Source: an uncultured Bacteroidales bacterium
GTDB lineage: Bacteria > Bacteroidota > Bacteroidia > Bacteroidales > ML635J-15
Length of the DNA stretch: 64,000 nucleotides
NCBI GenBank assembly: GCA_937899245.1
Contig: CALDKB010000054.1
Coordinates: 24,674 to 88,673 of the forward strand
Direction of reading: 5' to 3'
Part shown: positions 19,053 to 28,205 of the stretch, one piece after another
Layout of the letters: every line of letters starts with the position of its first letter
Position numbering within the stretch: position 1 is the first letter of the stretch
Notes under the pieces: generated by a model
Database searches by the model: none
The model's input: only the letters and a program-made list of their open reading frames with translations
Told to the model about the DNA's origin: nothing
Made by a program: the position numbers and the translations under genes

Positions 19053-19715
19053 TTAGAACATTTCTATAGCATATTCCACCGATTTGTTCAGCAGTTTGTT
19101 GAATTCGTATGTCTTGCGGAAATCTTCGATTGCGTGTTCGAGAAGATGTTCGTCGAGCAGATATTTTTCGTCGACTTCCTTTTCAATAAGGAAACTTTTC
19201 AGGCGATAGTAATTTGCAAATTCATCGTCCGGGTTGAAGCCGTTCGGGATTTTTTTCAGCGCATCGTCCCAACTTAGCGAAAATCCTTTTGCCTTTTTTA
19301 TTGCGGCTTCAAATCCATTGCCGTTAAGCATTATTTCTTCTCTGACACTTTTTGTGAAACGAGGTTCGGGCATCCAAAGTCCAGTGCAGAGGAAATACTT
19401 AATATTTGGCTCGATGTGAAGATAATAGCCGGCAAACCCGCTTTTTTTCCCGTGAGGGCATATGAATGTCCCGATATGCTGTTTGTATGGAGTCTTGTCG
19501 GGCGAGAAACGCAAATCGCGGTAAATCCTATATGTGCAGTCCTTCACTTTTAGATCTTCTACCGATTTGTCGAATTTTGCAATTCCGGCGATAAGTTTTT
19601 CGGAAAAGTCGTTGTGAAAGGCAAGCATTTCCTTGTATTGTGCCTTGTGAGCATCAAACCACGGCTTGTTGTTGTTCTGCTGCAGTTCGCTGAAAAAGTC
19701 GATAACGCGTTTCAT
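19053..19715 (-). CDS. DUF2461 (TIGR02453) family protein
   Basis: Contains FFSELQQNNNKPWFDAHKAQY and YRIYRDLRFSPDKTPYK. The start is taken at MKRVIDFF (19715). The ORF-track TTG start at 19739 lies inside a -7 box. Confidence 0.8.
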   Translation of the reverse strand: MKRVIDFFSELQQNNNKPWFDAHKAQYKEMLAFHNDFSEKLIAGIAKFDKSVEDLKVKDCTYRIYRDLRFSPDKTPYKQHIGTFICPHGKKSGFAGYYLHIEPNIKYFLCTGLWMPEPRFTKSVREEIMLNGNGFEAAIKKAKGFSLSWDDALKKIPNGFNPDDEFANYYRLKSFLIEKEVDEKYLLDEHLLEHAIEDFRKTYEFNKLLNKSVEYAIEMF

Positions 19716-19736
19716 TTGTTTGTGAATTATGATGTA

Positions 19737-19744
19737 CAAAGATA
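19737..19744 (-). promoter_or_regulatory. Bacteroidota -7 box (TAnnTTTG) for the DUF2461 gene
   Basis: The minus strand reads tatctttg, 21 nt upstream of the ATG at 19715. Confidence 0.45.
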
Positions 19745-19973
19745 ATTGATTTTAAGGGTTGAAAAGTTAAATGATTTAAAAGTTTAACGAAGAGCCATTG
19801 ATAATGTTTTGCGATTACTATTCTTTAATGGCTTGTGGGAAAACAATTTGGGACGTGAAGCAATTTTCGCTGGTTGGGCGATAGTCGAAACCGCGTTTAT
19901 GATTTTATTCCATTATCGACCTTCGACAAGCTCAGCAACCGAAGCTCAGGGTGCGAGAAAAGACGCGTCGCAC

Positions 19974-21248
19974 CTATGCCTTTAGCACTATTATTTCATT
20001 TATATTCGTTGTGTATTGTTGTGACAGGAATTCTCGCTTTAGCTTGAAATGGCGGTCGGGACCCTGTATTGCATTTCGCACTGTGCCGATTCCGTTTTTC
20101 TTGTTAATGTCGTCAATTGTCTGTTGTAGTGCCGAAATTTTTGTGCGGTTCTTTGTGTCGAACAAGTTGCCTTGTACTGCATCGGTCTGGACAATGTCCC
20201 ATAGGATAACGCCTGCTTTCTTGTATGCGAAATCACCTTTACGATAGTTGGCTCGCAGTCCGCCGATTGCCGCCTTGATGATTTCGGTGGTATCGTTGGT
20301 GCTAATGTCGAAACGGACATTCTGGTTTATGAAATCTTGCGGAACGTCGGTGCGGAAGCGGCTTGTAAGGGCGAAAACTGTAAGCTGCCGACATAAAGTG
20401 TTCTGTTCCCGTAGTTTGCGAGCACAGTCGGATGCAAAGTTGGCAACAGCTTCTTCGAGTTGGTTGCGGTCGGTAATGCCCTGGTCGGCAAAACTTCGGC
20501 TTACGCAGATGCTTTTTTTCATTGGCAGTTCATCAAGCGATATGCACGATTCACCACGCAGTTCGCACCATGTGCGGTAGCCAGTTACGCTGAAAACCGA
20601 TTTTATCCATTCGCCGTCGAGTTTTGAAAAGTCCCAGGCTGTGCGGATTCCGTATTTGGATAGATGCTCGTACATTTTGCGACCAATGCCGAAAACATCG
20701 GCAATATCGAACATTTGCAATGCTTTTGTGCGTTTTTCTTCGTCATCAATTATGCAGCAACCCTCGTAGCCTTTGTATTTTTTTGCATACTTGCTGGCAA
20801 CTTTTGCGAGGGTGCGGGTAGGTGCAATGCCAAGTGAAATTGGAATTCCAACGCCTTTGCCGACGGTTCTTACGATTCTCTTGCCGTATTCTCGCAATTC
20901 CTCGGTTTCTCCCATGTTCGAGAAGTCGAGGAAGGCCTCGTCGATTGAATATTGGTCGAGTTTTGGCGTAAATGACGACAAAAGCGACATCACACGCCGG
21001 CTTAAGTCTCCATAAAGGATGTAGTTTGACGAAAAAACGGCTATGTTGTGCTTTTCGATTTCGTTGCGAATCTGGAATAGCGGTACGCCCATTTTTATTC
21101 CAATGGCTTTAGCTTCGTTTGAACGTGAGACAACGCATCCGTCGTTGTTGGACAGCACGACTACCGGCTTTCCGTTCAAGTCGGGACGGAAAACTCGTTC
21201 GCACGAGACAAAAAAATTGTTGCAGTCAGCTAATCCAAATAATTCCAT
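19974..21248 (-). CDS. umuC: Y-family translesion DNA polymerase V catalytic subunit
   Basis: 424 aa. Contains ADCNNFFVSCERVFRPDLNGKPVVVLSNNDGCVVSRSNEAK and SIDEAFLD. Confidence 0.9.
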   Translation of the reverse strand: MELFGLADCNNFFVSCERVFRPDLNGKPVVVLSNNDGCVVSRSNEAKAIGIKMGVPLFQIRNEIEKHNIAVFSSNYILYGDLSRRVMSLLSSFTPKLDQYSIDEAFLDFSNMGETEELREYGKRIVRTVGKGVGIPISLGIAPTRTLAKVASKYAKKYKGYEGCCIIDDEEKRTKALQMFDIADVFGIGRKMYEHLSKYGIRTAWDFSKLDGEWIKSVFSVTGYRTWCELRGESCISLDELPMKKSICVSRSFADQGITDRNQLEEAVANFASDCARKLREQNTLCRQLTVFALTSRFRTDVPQDFINQNVRFDISTNDTTEIIKAAIGGLRANYRKGDFAYKKAGVILWDIVQTDAVQGNLFDTKNRTKISALQQTIDDINKKNGIGTVRNAIQGPDRHFKLKREFLSQQYTTNINEIIVLKA

Positions 21249-21307
21249 AATGCCAAACTTGAAACCTAGAAACGTGAAACACAGAAACCTTTAAACTCTT
21301 CAACTCT

Positions 21308-21751
21308 TCAACCCTTCAACCTTTTTATCGCATACGTAATGACCCCCCAAATCATAAAGTTATTCTCTTCTGTGACTTTAATAGGTTTGTATTCGCTGTT
21401 TGCGGCCTTTAGCCAAACGCATTTGTTCTGCTCGTCGACTTCAAATTGTTTCAAGGCAAATTCTCCATCTATATAAGCCGCCACAAAATCACCATTTCTG
21501 GCTTCCAGCGACTTGTCGATTATCACAATGTCACCGTTGCCGATTTCTGCGTCCTTCATCGAATCGCCTTCCACGCGAGCATAGAAGGTGGTTTCGCGGT
21601 GTCGCACAAGCTCACGGTTGAGGTCAATGGTTTCGGTCATGTAGTTCTGTGCCGGCGATGGAAATCCGGCATGAATGCCCTGTGAGGAATATTGTATGTC
21701 GAGACTCGATGATGTGTCGGCAGAAAATGGTGTTAGTTTTGCATCGTCCAT
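21308..21751 (-). CDS. umuD: S24 self-cleaving peptidase, UmuD-like
   Basis: 147 aa. Contains AGFPSPAQNY, the catalytic-Ser context VEGDSM, GDIVIID, and a Lys in FALKQF. Confidence 0.85.
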   Translation of the reverse strand: MDDAKLTPFSADTSSSLDIQYSSQGIHAGFPSPAQNYMTETIDLNRELVRHRETTFYARVEGDSMKDAEIGNGDIVIIDKSLEARNGDFVAAYIDGEFALKQFEVDEQNKCVWLKAANSEYKPIKVTEENNFMIWGVITYAIKRLKG

Positions 21752-21758
21752 AGGTCGT

Positions 21759-22760
21759 TTATTTTGTTGAAAATCCGCATATTGCGTAATCGTGGTTCTC
21801 GGAAAGGAAATCGTTTAGAGCATTCTTGTATTCTTTAGAAATTTCGCTAACTCTGCCAAGACCCATGACAAGCGGATTTATGTGTCGTTTTTTTGCGTGG
21901 ATTATTCGCGATTCGGGCAATTCTGCTGTACGTGATACCTTGTTGTAGCCGCAGTATTTTTGCCATTCCTGTTGTCCGAATTCAGAAGAGCATAATTTAG
22001 AAATTACTTCTGTTTCGGTGAGATAAAGGTCTTTTTCGGTGATAATTTTTCGCGAAATACATTCTTTGAGGAGTTCGGACAGACTTTGCATGGCATAGCG
22101 GTCTTCGTCGCAGACGTATATTTTCGAGCACTGCAATGCTAGATGAGCAAATTCAATTGCCTTTTCCTTGTCGGTGAACATAATTTCTGGCTGAGCGTCC
22201 TCGTTTGTGCCGACAATTAGATTGTCGTAGAGTTCCATGACTTTTTCGCGGCTTGCAAATTTGTAGTTGACAGTGTTTCCGAGCGTGTATTCAAGTCGGT
22301 CGGCCGAAAGTCGAGGAGTGTCGTTGTCGGCTATGGGGTAGAGGTGGTAGTCGGCGACGTCGGCTGTTTGCAGTCCGAGTTTTCGAAGGCACTTTTGAAT
22401 TTCCTGTGAGTTGGCGATAATTTCTTCGGTATAGCTTTCTGTAGATTCCTGAGTGAGATAATCGCCGTGAAGAAAGTCGATTACATGTGCGAAAGTCGGT
22501 GATGAAATGTCGTGAAGCAAGCCGGCAACGCTCTGTTTAATATCTTTTGTAAAGTGCCATACAATAAGAGCCACACCGACACTATGGTCGAAACGCGAAG
22601 CATCCTGCAGGCCTTGAAAAATAGGAAAACTTGTGTATTCGCACCCGCAGTTCATTCCGACATCCTTTAGTCGCTGAATTGCGGCTGTTTCGGAAATTTC
22701 CTTTATGAAGGAAGGTGTGTCGTGGGAATATATTTTCCAAAGTTGCATGGTGATAATCAA
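21759..22760 (-). CDS. HD-domain phosphohydrolase (COG1078/SAMHD1-like superfamily, divergent)
   Basis: Contains RFDHSVGVA, LLHDISSPTFAH and ADRLEYTLGN. Its stop lies 7 nt upstream of the umuD start. An alternative start is MQLW at 22748. Confidence 0.6.
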   Translation of the reverse strand: MIITMQLWKIYSHDTPSFIKEISETAAIQRLKDVGMNCGCEYTSFPIFQGLQDASRFDHSVGVALIVWHFTKDIKQSVAGLLHDISSPTFAHVIDFLHGDYLTQESTESYTEEIIANSQEIQKCLRKLGLQTADVADYHLYPIADNDTPRLSADRLEYTLGNTVNYKFASREKVMELYDNLIVGTNEDAQPEIMFTDKEKAIEFAHLALQCSKIYVCDEDRYAMQSLSELLKECISRKIITEKDLYLTETEVISKLCSSEFGQQEWQKYCGYNKVSRTAELPESRIIHAKKRHINPLVMGLGRVSEISKEYKNALNDFLSENHDYAICGFSTK

Positions 22761-22785
22761 AGATTTGTACTTGTGTAATGGATAT

Positions 22786-22810
22786 AAAAAAAGCGGATTG
22801 TTACATCCGC
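22786..22810 (-). terminator. rho-independent terminator after tRNA-Asn
   Basis: The minus strand reads gcggat-gtaaca-atccgc followed by T7. Confidence 0.65.
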
Positions 22811-22818
22811 CTTTTCTG

Positions 22819-22892
22819 CTCCCCAGGTAGGACTTGAACCTACGACCCCCTGATTAACAGTCAGGTGCTCTAACCAACTGAGCTACTGAGGA
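22819..22892 (-). tRNA. tRNA-Asn (anticodon GTT)
   Basis: Manual cloverleaf from the minus strand: TCCTCAGTAGCTCAGTTGGTTAGAGCACCTGACTGTTAATCAGGGGGTCGTAGGTTCAAGTCCTACCTGGGGAG. It has a 7-bp acceptor stem, anticodon loop CTGTTAA and T-loop GGTTCAAGTCC. CCA is not encoded. Confidence 0.9.
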
Positions 22893-22901
22893 AAAGCGAT
22901 G

Positions 22902-22909
22902 CAAAGGTA
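22902..22909 (-). promoter_or_regulatory. Bacteroidota -7 box (TAnnTTTG) for tRNA-Asn
   Basis: The minus strand reads tacctttg, ending 9 nt upstream of the mature tRNA 5' end. Confidence 0.45.
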
Positions 22910-23055
22910 GTGCTTACTTTTGAATTGGCAAGACTTTTTTTTACTTTTTTTTCTCTTTGCAATCGTTTGAGTTGTAGTTGCTTAAACCGATAATGATGCC
23001 AAATGGTTTAGATTCGGATGCGGCTTTTGGTGTAAAATCTTCGCGTTTTTTACTT

Positions 23056-24438
23056 CTACTTGTAAATCTTCAATTTTTGTCCGATCTGCAATTTCGATGG
23101 GTCGGAAATATTGTTCCATTTTAAAATGTCATCTGCTGTCGCCCAATCGTAGCGCTTTGCGATGGAGTAGGGGCTGTCGCCAGATTTTACAGTGTAGGTT
23201 TCGTATAGCTGAAGTCCTGTAGAAACGTTTCCCTGCTTAGTGTCGGTCGAACTGCTCGGCTTTGTTGTGCTTGCTGCAGACTTCTGCGTCCAGATAATAA
23301 GTGTTTTGCCGGCGGTAATGTTAGTTCCGTTAAGATTGTTCCATTTTTGAATGTCGCTAATGCTGACATGGTATTTTTGCGCAATTTTTCCCAAATAGTC
23401 GCCTTGCCTGATGGTGTATGTGATTTTTCCGTATTTGTCGGGGTCGGGTGTGTATTCCTTTGGCTCTTCAGGCAACTTGGGCTTTGGAAAATATATGCTG
23501 TCGTTGTAGGCGATGATGCTGTCGTGTAGATTTTTGAAATCATCCTTGAGCCCATTGGGCAGCTTGAACGTGACTGGTGTTCGGCGTCCATCTATTATTT
23601 CGCAGTTGAACGAGGCGTTCAACGATTTCAATTCAGTCGGATTTATGCCTAGAACAGCGGAAATTTGCTCAATGTGAATTCGTTCTTGTATGCATACGGT
23701 ATCGTAGTCTTGCGCTATGGGCGCTATTGTCGGCTGGAACTTTTCAAAGTTGTGCGACCATGATATTAGTGCGCACCATATGTCGAAAATGTTATTTCCA
23801 TAAGGATCTAAACTGGTGTAAATGTTTGAGACTTTGCTATTTTTGTCAAGTTGTAGTTTTAGTTTTTGCGCACCATAAATATATGCAGCCAGTGCGAGGT
23901 CCCATTTCCCGAACTTTTTCTTGTTGTACATAAGTTGCCTGATGGCTGCTTTTGTTGCAATTTTGATGTCCTGACGTTCGTCGGTGCATTCGTTGATGCA
24001 TGCGCCATATTTTATGGCATATAAATATTGAAGTCCCCAAATGCCGTAATTCCCGTCCTTGCTGTAATTTTTGTCGTAGGCGGAAATAGCAAATGGAAGC
24101 CAAAGCAGTTCGGCAGGATAGTCGGAAATTTCGAGCGACTCGGCAACATATCTGATTTCTGCATGGGCTTTAAGTATGCTTTGCTTTGTGGCTTCGTCCA
24201 TCGAGCTAATGGCTTCGTAATACGAAATGGCGTTCGGGCTCAATTCGTACTCTTCCTCCAGAATCATAATATGCGGATACAGATGCTCGTTGAATGTTGC
24301 ATTCGTGTTGGTAATTTCTGCGTATTGGGGCTTGTATTGCTTCATGTTGCTTTCGAGCGAAGATACGAAACGTCTTTGTCCCGAAGCACATAAGGCAATA
24401 GCGGTTATTGCCAGAAGCGATGCCCAATGTTTGCCCAT
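23056..24438 (-). CDS. lytic murein transglycosylase with two C-terminal LysM domains (MltD-like)
   Basis: Has a signal peptide. The SLT-like segment reads GNYGIWGLQYLYAIKYG. The LysM motifs are YTIRQGDYLGKIAQKYHVSISDIQKWNNL and YTVKSGDSPYSIAKRYDWATADDILKWNNI. Confidence 0.75.
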   Translation of the reverse strand: MGKHWASLLAITAIALCASGQRRFVSSLESNMKQYKPQYAEITNTNATFNEHLYPHIMILEEEYELSPNAISYYEAISSMDEATKQSILKAHAEIRYVAESLEISDYPAELLWLPFAISAYDKNYSKDGNYGIWGLQYLYAIKYGACINECTDERQDIKIATKAAIRQLMYNKKKFGKWDLALAAYIYGAQKLKLQLDKNSKVSNIYTSLDPYGNNIFDIWCALISWSHNFEKFQPTIAPIAQDYDTVCIQERIHIEQISAVLGINPTELKSLNASFNCEIIDGRRTPVTFKLPNGLKDDFKNLHDSIIAYNDSIYFPKPKLPEEPKEYTPDPDKYGKITYTIRQGDYLGKIAQKYHVSISDIQKWNNLNGTNITAGKTLIIWTQKSAASTTKPSSSTDTKQGNVSTGLQLYETYTVKSGDSPYSIAKRYDWATADDILKWNNISDPSKLQIGQKLKIYK

Positions 24439-26078
24439 TAGAATTTCTCGTCGTATTTAGTCCATAGGAAATCACCGAGTTTCCAAGCTTTGTCGACAAC
24501 TTTTTGCCCCCATTCGTTAGTGTATTCGGTAAGTTTTTCAATTGCATCCCTGCGGCCGTTTTTCTTGTTGCCGTATATTGATAGGACTTCCTTTTCAATT
24601 GTATTCTGGTTGTCGAAAAGTTCCTTTTGCCATGGAATCCAAACAGCATCAACGACATCTTTTCTCATGTCGCCCCAACGCTGATGTGTCAGTGTTCCCA
24701 GCCTGTTGAAAGCCCACCATGCAGATTCTTGTGTGTATCCGTTTGGTCGGCCTGGTGTTTCGTAACATTTGGGCAGTCGTGTTGCTTGTGGGTAGAACGG
24801 AACATAGATTGATGTGGCAACGTTGTCGAGAGCTATCCAAGCACATCCGCCGATTTCGTCTGGCAACCATGCGCGGCATTGGATGATAGTGGCGTACATT
24901 GTGTACCAGCGGGCGATAGTTCGTTCTCCAAGCATTTCGATTGCTCCGGTTTTAGAATCTACATCGTACCAGCAACCGCGGACATTTTCAATCTTCATCT
25001 GGTCGTATGGCATTTGCGGGTTTGCCATTGGCGAAATCACTTGGTTTCCGTTCTTGTCGGCAACTGTCAGCGCGTGTGTTATGTCGTACGGTGTGCCTTC
25101 GTAGTAGTCGCGGAAAATCATAGACATCTGTTCGATAGTTACCGGTTTGTCGGGCTTAACCGAAAACGGATAATCCTGTTGGTTTGGATCGAGTTGTAGC
25201 GATGGCGCCACCAAGTCGAAAATTCTCCACTCGCGGCGGCGGGCAGCTATACTGTTGCGGCTTTCTGGCGCGTAGGCGTAGCAAAATTGAAAGTCGGCTT
25301 CAGAAGTGCACCAGCCTGAGTCTAAAGCCATTTTGAAAATATTCTCGCTAGCCATGAACATGTCGGTGTTTTTGATGTCTATGTGTTTGATTGTGCTTGC
25401 GTTGGCGTTAACGGCAATGTGGTCGTCGGGAACACGTTGGGCAACCCAAATCCCGCCTTTGTTTCCTTTGCCTGGCCCAATAATTTCCAAATGCCATACT
25501 TCGTTCTTGTCGGCAATTGTCAGACATTCGCCAACGTCAATCCATCCGTAGTCATTGATTAGCTCGCCGGCTAGTTTTATGGCTTCGCGCGCTGTTGTGC
25601 AGCGTTCAAGTATCAGTTGGCAAAGTTGCGTGCAGTCGATGAGTCCATTGCTTGAAACAAGTGACTTGCGTCCGCCAAATGTAGATTCGCCTATGCCTAA
25701 CTGCTTTTCGTTCATGCACGGATATGCGGTATTTATGTAGCGGAAAGTGTGTTCTACTTGTGGAATTTCGCCAACTTCGGCAAATTCGTAAGTAGGCATT
25801 GCGTATATATTTTTCGATTCGCGCTTGTAGATTTTCTTCATTGACCCCTTCGGAAAGTCCTTGGCCGGCTCAATGTTGAATTCTGATTTTGAACGGTGGC
25901 TGTCGTCGGTGTGGGATGTGAAAACAGATCCGTCGGCGCTTGCTTTCTTGCCTACAGTTATGCTGGTGCAACCATCTGGATAATTGCCAACCCAGTCGGT
26001 ATAGTCGATGTCCTGAGCTTTTGCAAATGTTAGTGCAATTGCGCTAACGGCGATTGTGGAGAAAATCTTTTTTATCAT
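24438..26078 (-). CDS. C69-family dipeptidase, secreted
   Basis: 546 aa with a signal peptide. The nucleophile context is DGCTSITVGKKASADGSVFTSHTDD. Its stop overlaps the start of the next gene (TAATG). Confidence 0.8.
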   Translation of the reverse strand: MIKKIFSTIAVSAIALTFAKAQDIDYTDWVGNYPDGCTSITVGKKASADGSVFTSHTDDSHRSKSEFNIEPAKDFPKGSMKKIYKRESKNIYAMPTYEFAEVGEIPQVEHTFRYINTAYPCMNEKQLGIGESTFGGRKSLVSSNGLIDCTQLCQLILERCTTAREAIKLAGELINDYGWIDVGECLTIADKNEVWHLEIIGPGKGNKGGIWVAQRVPDDHIAVNANASTIKHIDIKNTDMFMASENIFKMALDSGWCTSEADFQFCYAYAPESRNSIAARRREWRIFDLVAPSLQLDPNQQDYPFSVKPDKPVTIEQMSMIFRDYYEGTPYDITHALTVADKNGNQVISPMANPQMPYDQMKIENVRGCWYDVDSKTGAIEMLGERTIARWYTMYATIIQCRAWLPDEIGGCAWIALDNVATSIYVPFYPQATRLPKCYETPGRPNGYTQESAWWAFNRLGTLTHQRWGDMRKDVVDAVWIPWQKELFDNQNTIEKEVLSIYGNKKNGRRDAIEKLTEYTNEWGQKVVDKAWKLGDFLWTKYDEKF

Positions 26079-26141
26079 AATCGTTGTGTTTTTGAGATTG
26101 CGAAAATAATGTTTTTTGCTGGTAAAAAAAATGATGCACCT

Positions 26142-28142
26142 TTACTCCTTTATGAGCTTTCCTGTCCATGTGTCGTTTCCTGAAATAATTTTTATGAAAT
26201 ATATTCCGTATGGTTGGTCTTTTAGGTTGATTGTTATGGTTTTGTCATCGCTGTTTTCTGTCCTGATCTCATGTCCCAATGTGTTGTATACATGTAATTC
26301 CTTGAGTCCGTCGGCTTGTGTTGTTAGCCATGTGCTTTCGTGAAATGGGTTCGGGTGGATTGCAATGTTTGAAAGTTTGGTTTCGTCAATCGCCAGCGAA
26401 TTAGCCACATTCCAGTTTTCGGCCAGATTGTTGTCGGAATTTAGGTCGTCCAGTTGCAAGAAGCTTCCACGACAGTTGGCTTCTATTGGCCATGGATATT
26501 CGCTACTGTATTCAACAAGGTCGATAATGTTGCCCCAGGCGTCGGCGAGTGTGAGTTTCTGTGATTGGTTCGACAGATGTCTGGCATATTGTCCGAAAGG
26601 TGTTTCGTGATAGTGCTTTTTGAAAGTTGTGCTGTCGGAGCAAAGAATTATTCTTTTGCGAGCAGCAAGTGTGGAATTCGTAGGGAATACATATCCGAGC
26701 CCTAATCCGCTAAAATATATTCCGGTAAGATTTATTTCCTCGTCGCTGTTGTTGGCAAGTTCAATGAATTCCAAATTGTTGCTGCTGAACGTGGAGTATG
26801 GCTTAGGATTGTAGTTTATCTTGGAGATTACAATGTTTGGAAGTTCAATTTCCTGGCACTCATCGTACTGGCCGATGTTGTTGTTAATCCATTCGATGCG
26901 TTTTGAAATCCAAGTTTTCATAGAGTCGATGTTTGACAAATGATGGTCGGTATATCCCCATCTGTAGCAGTCGCGGACAATGGCGTCGCCTAAAGTCTCT
27001 TCGGTTTCGTCTATCATGTTGCAAACATTCTCGTATTCAAGAGCTTGCCCTTCGGCTGTGAGCTCGTGCCAGCGACGCGAAAAATAACATCTGAAGGTCG
27101 GGTTGTTGAATAGGTCGGTCCAGAATTTGGCCCCTTCATTGTTTCTGTTTGAAAATTGCCAAACATTGTATTTGCTTCGGTTGTAGTATGGCGTTGGGGT
27201 GAGGTCGTTGCCAAATGTCAGGTTGAAATCCCAAACAGGTCCGGCTCTCAGTTTGCCCTGCTTGTCCTTGTGGAAATATGTGCTAAGCTGATAAACATCG
27301 GCATTTGATGAGAATTCGCCGATAATCATATAGTCGACAAATGAAGGAATGTCTATTTTTGATGGAAAACCAACGTCTATGGCCTGATTCTGAGTGTTTG
27401 CTAGTTCGGTAAAATCGAAATAGTAGCTGTGTATGTAGTCGACTTGTTCCTGGCTTATGTTTTCGGCAATTGGGAAATTAATTGTATAGACGACGGAATC
27501 TCCATGGTAGGCGTAGTCTTGCCAGTGCAATTCGTCCCTGTCGGCCTTGAAAATGTATCCTCCAGAGATTTCACTTTCGCCTTCCTCGGCGATGTCGATT
27601 CTGTTTTTGTCGGCCTTCATTTTCTCAGTTAAAATATACAACCCGCGGTAGTCGCCGTTGACGAAGACTTCGCAGTAGCGGCAGCGTGGAGCATATTGGC
27701 CGATTTTTTCCGACAGCCCGTACGAAATGTAGTCGCGGACGTATGACGGCTCATAGGCGATGTTGTTAAGCACCCAGTCGTTTTCGGGCGGAAGCCCGAG
27801 CAAGCCTACATTGTTGTTTTCGCCGTAAGCATGTGTGGTGTGAATTGCGTATGGTTTCTTAGGCAGATATGCTGATGTGTTACCTCTGATTTTTATAGCG
27901 ATGTCTCCGTTGTAGTCAAGTACGTGTATGTCGGTAGTGTCTTCAAGACGATTGGAGCCGCCATTTTTGTCGAAGATTACCCGCATGTGTCCGCAGATGT
28001 ACGTCGAATCGTTTATTGTGGAGTCTTGGCTGCTGGTAATGAGAATAATAGGCAGATTGCTGCTGGAGAAATCCTGTGAGAATGCTGTTGCGTATAACGA
28101 CAATACAAGCAGGACGATGATATTTGAAAAGATGATTTTCAA
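26142..28142 (-). CDS. CotH-family protein with a lamin-tail (LTD) domain and a T9SS type A C-terminal sorting domain
   Basis: The CotH core reads RCRYCEVFVNGDYRGLYILTEKMKADKNRIDI. The LTD-like segment reads VISKINYNP...EFIELANNSDEEINLTG. The tail reads IHPNPF...LHVYNTLGHEI...GIYFIKIISGNDTWTGKLIKE. Confidence 0.8.
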   Translation of the reverse strand: MKIIFSNIIVLLVLSLYATAFSQDFSSSNLPIILITSSQDSTINDSTYICGHMRVIFDKNGGSNRLEDTTDIHVLDYNGDIAIKIRGNTSAYLPKKPYAIHTTHAYGENNNVGLLGLPPENDWVLNNIAYEPSYVRDYISYGLSEKIGQYAPRCRYCEVFVNGDYRGLYILTEKMKADKNRIDIAEEGESEISGGYIFKADRDELHWQDYAYHGDSVVYTINFPIAENISQEQVDYIHSYYFDFTELANTQNQAIDVGFPSKIDIPSFVDYMIIGEFSSNADVYQLSTYFHKDKQGKLRAGPVWDFNLTFGNDLTPTPYYNRSKYNVWQFSNRNNEGAKFWTDLFNNPTFRCYFSRRWHELTAEGQALEYENVCNMIDETEETLGDAIVRDCYRWGYTDHHLSNIDSMKTWISKRIEWINNNIGQYDECQEIELPNIVISKINYNPKPYSTFSSNNLEFIELANNSDEEINLTGIYFSGLGLGYVFPTNSTLAARKRIILCSDSTTFKKHYHETPFGQYARHLSNQSQKLTLADAWGNIIDLVEYSSEYPWPIEANCRGSFLQLDDLNSDNNLAENWNVANSLAIDETKLSNIAIHPNPFHESTWLTTQADGLKELHVYNTLGHEIRTENSDDKTITINLKDQPYGIYFIKIISGNDTWTGKLIKE

Positions 28143-28162
28143 TGTTTGTTAGAAACAAAAAA

Positions 28163-28182
28163 GCACCGTAGTGACCCGGTGC
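28163..28182 (-). terminator. terminator after the LRR gene
   Basis: The minus strand reads gcaccgggtcactacggtgc followed by ttttttg. Confidence 0.6.
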
Positions 28183-28205
28183 GTTTATGTTAATAGCTAA
28201 ATCTG

